Below, one piece after another: positions 61,120-64,000 of a DNA stretch of 64,000 nucleotides (within the stretch, counting starts at the first letter, position 1; each line of letters starts with the position of its first letter). Made by a program: the position numbers and the translations under genes. The notes below the pieces were generated by a model. It searched no databases. It saw only the letters and a list, made by a program, of their open reading frames with translations, and was not told where the DNA came from. The stretch is taken from positions 4,092,001 through 4,156,000 of the forward strand of contig OZ176056.1 in the NCBI GenBank assembly GCA_964247055.1. Reading direction: 5' to 3'. Origin of the DNA: Paragordius varius. Its lineage: Eukaryota > Animalia > Nematomorpha.

Positions 61120-63714
61120 CTATAAAGAATGTATTGGTTGAACATTTAACTCAAGTTTTATATTAAGTGCCATAAGTTCGTAAGTTAAGTAATTTAAAAC
61201 GTATGGTATTTTAATGTACACACATTTTCCACCACACAATTTACATTTTATATCGGCTGCTGGAGATGATTGGGATTGTTGAGAATCTGTAGTATTACAA
61301 ATAGATGAAGATAGAATAGATTTATCAGTTTTAGCCATTTCTATCAGGGATTCAAACGTATTTGTTTGAAAGAGTTGAGAGGATTTGCGTTTTATTGTGG
61401 TATCTTCAGAAGATGCTTGTTGAACCGAGGTTAAGTGTGATAGCAATAGCATACGTTTTCGTTGGGTTGGGGTTAAATCGTGATTTGCACTTACGAGCGT
61501 TTTACAAACAGGGCATACAGGTACTATATAATATGGCGCAAAATATATTATATAAATTTTATATATTTATCAATAACGTACTACCAAATACATGCATTAT
61601 AATCAACCTTAAAATATTTCCCATTTTCAACATAATATAATCAATAAGACTCTTATATTTTCCATCTTAAAATACTTATTTATATACCAGTACAAAGAAC
61701 AATATAAAAGCCAACCCCATAATTAGCTAAAACTAATTTAATCAAAAAACTAATTAGTTTTAGTAAAAATCGCAAAATTCATACAAGAAAATATATCAAT
61801 CCACGCATCAAAACATCATAAAAATATACCAATACAGGCATCAGAACAATTTAGCAGTCTGTCTTGTAGTAACATAGAAGCACCATGAGATATAAGAGCA
61901 TCTCTTTCCATCTCCCCACACCTAATACCACCTGCTCGTTTGCGCCCTTTCAAGGGTTGATGAGTTAGACTATCAACTGGTCCGGTAGTTCGAACCTACG
62001 AAACAAAATTTATATTTTAGAAATGATATAATGTAATATCAGCAAAATTAATAATAAATTTATTAATAAATTTTCGTTAGATTCCTCTAACTTCTTCGAA
62101 TCAACATAAAAATAAAATTAAAATAAAGATACAAAATAAAATTATAAAATATTGTATGAAAATAGAGATTGCTGTATCTTTATTTTAATTTTATTTTTAT
62201 GTTGATCCGAAAAAGTTAGAGGAATCTAACGGAAATTTATTGATAAATTTATTTTAATTTTGCTGATATTACATCATATCATTCTAAAATTTATATTGTT
62301 TATTGTATAAATCTCAAAAATTAAATATAGATATACAGTAAAAATTGTAAGAGGGCTAAGAGTGTGTGTGATTAAAATTAAATATATACTTTATTGCTAA
62401 CAAGAAAATTTATATGAATCATAAAATTATATTAGACGGTAAAAATTGATGATTTGCAATAATTAATAAATATAAAACTACAAGAGTAAAAATAGTTTTA
62501 CAATAAAAATTTATATATCTTTATTCTTTCAGTATTGTAAAATTTCAATTGAATCTGTTACCAACAATACAACGTGTTCCCTATTTCGCAACAAACACAC
62601 CTAAAACAATAGCTCAAAAAACATGGTAGTTTAAAAAATATGGCATTTAATAAATAATTTGTAGCTTTTTACTTTTTATCTCTATATTTTTTTATTGTAA
62701 AACTTAAATTTTTTAATTATTTTATCAAAAGTTCCAAAAAATCGATATAATAAAACCTGATATTTATCAGCAACCATATGTCTTAAACGCTGGTAATAAA
62801 TAATACCCATAAATATATCGACTTTAAGCATGCGTCCGTCCACGCCTGAAAACATCATCTCAGTCCCATAATAATTGTAACCAGCTAAAAAAATAAATTT
62901 TAATTTTTTATATTTTGATAAAAAAAATTAATATACGAACGTAAAAATATATATAAATATATTTTTTAAAAGACAACTATACCTGTTTAAATCTCGAATT
63001 TTTAAAATATTAACGGTTTAAAATTAGTTATAGATAATAGAATTTATATGAGAAAAATTAGATTTTACAAAGTATAATTGTCTTTTCAGAATAAAATATT
63101 TGTCCTTATATTTTTACGTTTTGTCCGTATAATTTTATATTTTTAATAAAATTCACATTTGATTCATATATATTAAGCGATATCAGATTTGTTGTAACAT
63201 TTTGAATTTAATATAAATCATAGTTTACTCATTAGAAAAAATATTAAATTAGTATATTTAAACCCTTCGAAATGTAAAAATACCTTTTTAACCCAACCTA
63301 ACACCAGTTTTTGATATATTAAAACTATAAATATTTAAAATCGTTAATATTTCATTTATATGCTCAAAGCAAATTTAGATTAAGTAATATAAATTTTCTA
63401 AAGGAAATTTTAAGCATACACAATACTTTAAGAGGTTATATATGCCTCTAAAACGATTGATACACTTTAATTTATTTAATAAAAATAAGGAAGTATTAAG
63501 TTTGACACAAGAAAACAAGCAAATAACGTTATAAATCAATTAAATTATATTCTGTTTTCCCTGATAAAAAAACTGCAAAAACATTTACCATTAGCAAGTA
63601 ATCGTGAAAAATAATGAGAAGCTTGATGTTTTTCGCTAAATTTAAACGGGGTGGCATCATAAAATTCACCATGCATTGAAGCTGATTTCCCAGCCATACA
63701 TTCAATAATCATAC
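61120..63714 (-). CDS. POLR1B: RNA polymerase I second-largest subunit (RPA2), last four exons; gene continues beyond 64000
   Basis: Exons 63714-63589, 62884-62757, 61995-61830, 61523-61120. [80 protein letters not shown]...[22 protein letters not shown] are RPA2-type motifs. Confidence 0.97.
62022..62283. repeat. Intronic hairpin, about 110-bp near-perfect inverted arms
   Basis: aatgatataatgtaatatcagcaaaatt...gttagattcctctaactt...aaaataaagataca is the reverse complement of tgtatctttatttt...aagttagaggaatctaac...tttgctgatattacatcatatcatt. Confidence 0.9.
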
Positions 63715-64000
63715 CTATAATAATATTTAGCCAAAAAATTATACTCTAAAATGAATTATATTTTAGGCATATACATTAAAAAATAAAATTTTACATGTTA
63801 AACGTAAAAAAAGGCAAATATTTTATCAAAAACAACTAATTTCAAAATTATGATTAAATTATAACTTATCCTGGCTTGCAAAACAAAAAATAAAAACATG
63901 TGTTAATTAATAGTTAGGGTGGTAAAAATTAAGGTTTAAATCATGATTGGTTTTTTATAAATAATTTTTTGTCTTATAGTTTGCGTTTTATCGGTAAATT

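Noticed and set aside
135-63714. Non-canonical (non-GT-AG) or U12-type introns
   Set aside because: All modelled introns are satisfied by GT-AG, and no GTATCCTT/ATATCCTT donor was needed.
1-64000. tRNA, rRNA and snRNA genes
   Set aside because: No cloverleaf/TPsiC signature, rRNA-like GC-rich block or Sm-site RNA was recognised by eye. tRNAscan-SE or Infernal would be needed to exclude them formally.

Overview
This is eukaryotic nuclear DNA: very AT-rich (roughly 25% GC by eye), intron-rich, read with the standard genetic code, with metazoan-like proteins. The organism cannot be named from sequence alone. Hand-spliced gene models (all introns GT-AG, phases checked): SNRNP200/Brr2 5' part (-, runs off the left edge); a secreted, catalytically dead trypsin-like homolog (+); an orphan 360-aa ORF (+); a 1750-aa ultra-basic repeat protein (-); STARD7-like (+); a 1646-aa type I membrane protein (-); PSMG2/PAC2 (-); an ADF-H domain protein (-); a probable phase-1 micro-exon gene (-); and the POLR1B 3' part (-, runs off the right edge). 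Introns and intergenic DNA are full of MITEs and long palindromes. The main discovery is an unusual splicing regime. Five homology-required introns are only 23 nt (STARD7 introns 1-2) or 25 nt (PSMG2 introns 1-3), while the other introns modelled here are about 50-1000 nt. Across 50 modelled donors only 7 have +5G, and Brr2 itself carries a large N-terminal insertion. Comparisons to human proteins and exon sizes are from memory and need a database check. Most short ORFs in the supplied track are exon fragments, antisense shadows or MITE artefacts.
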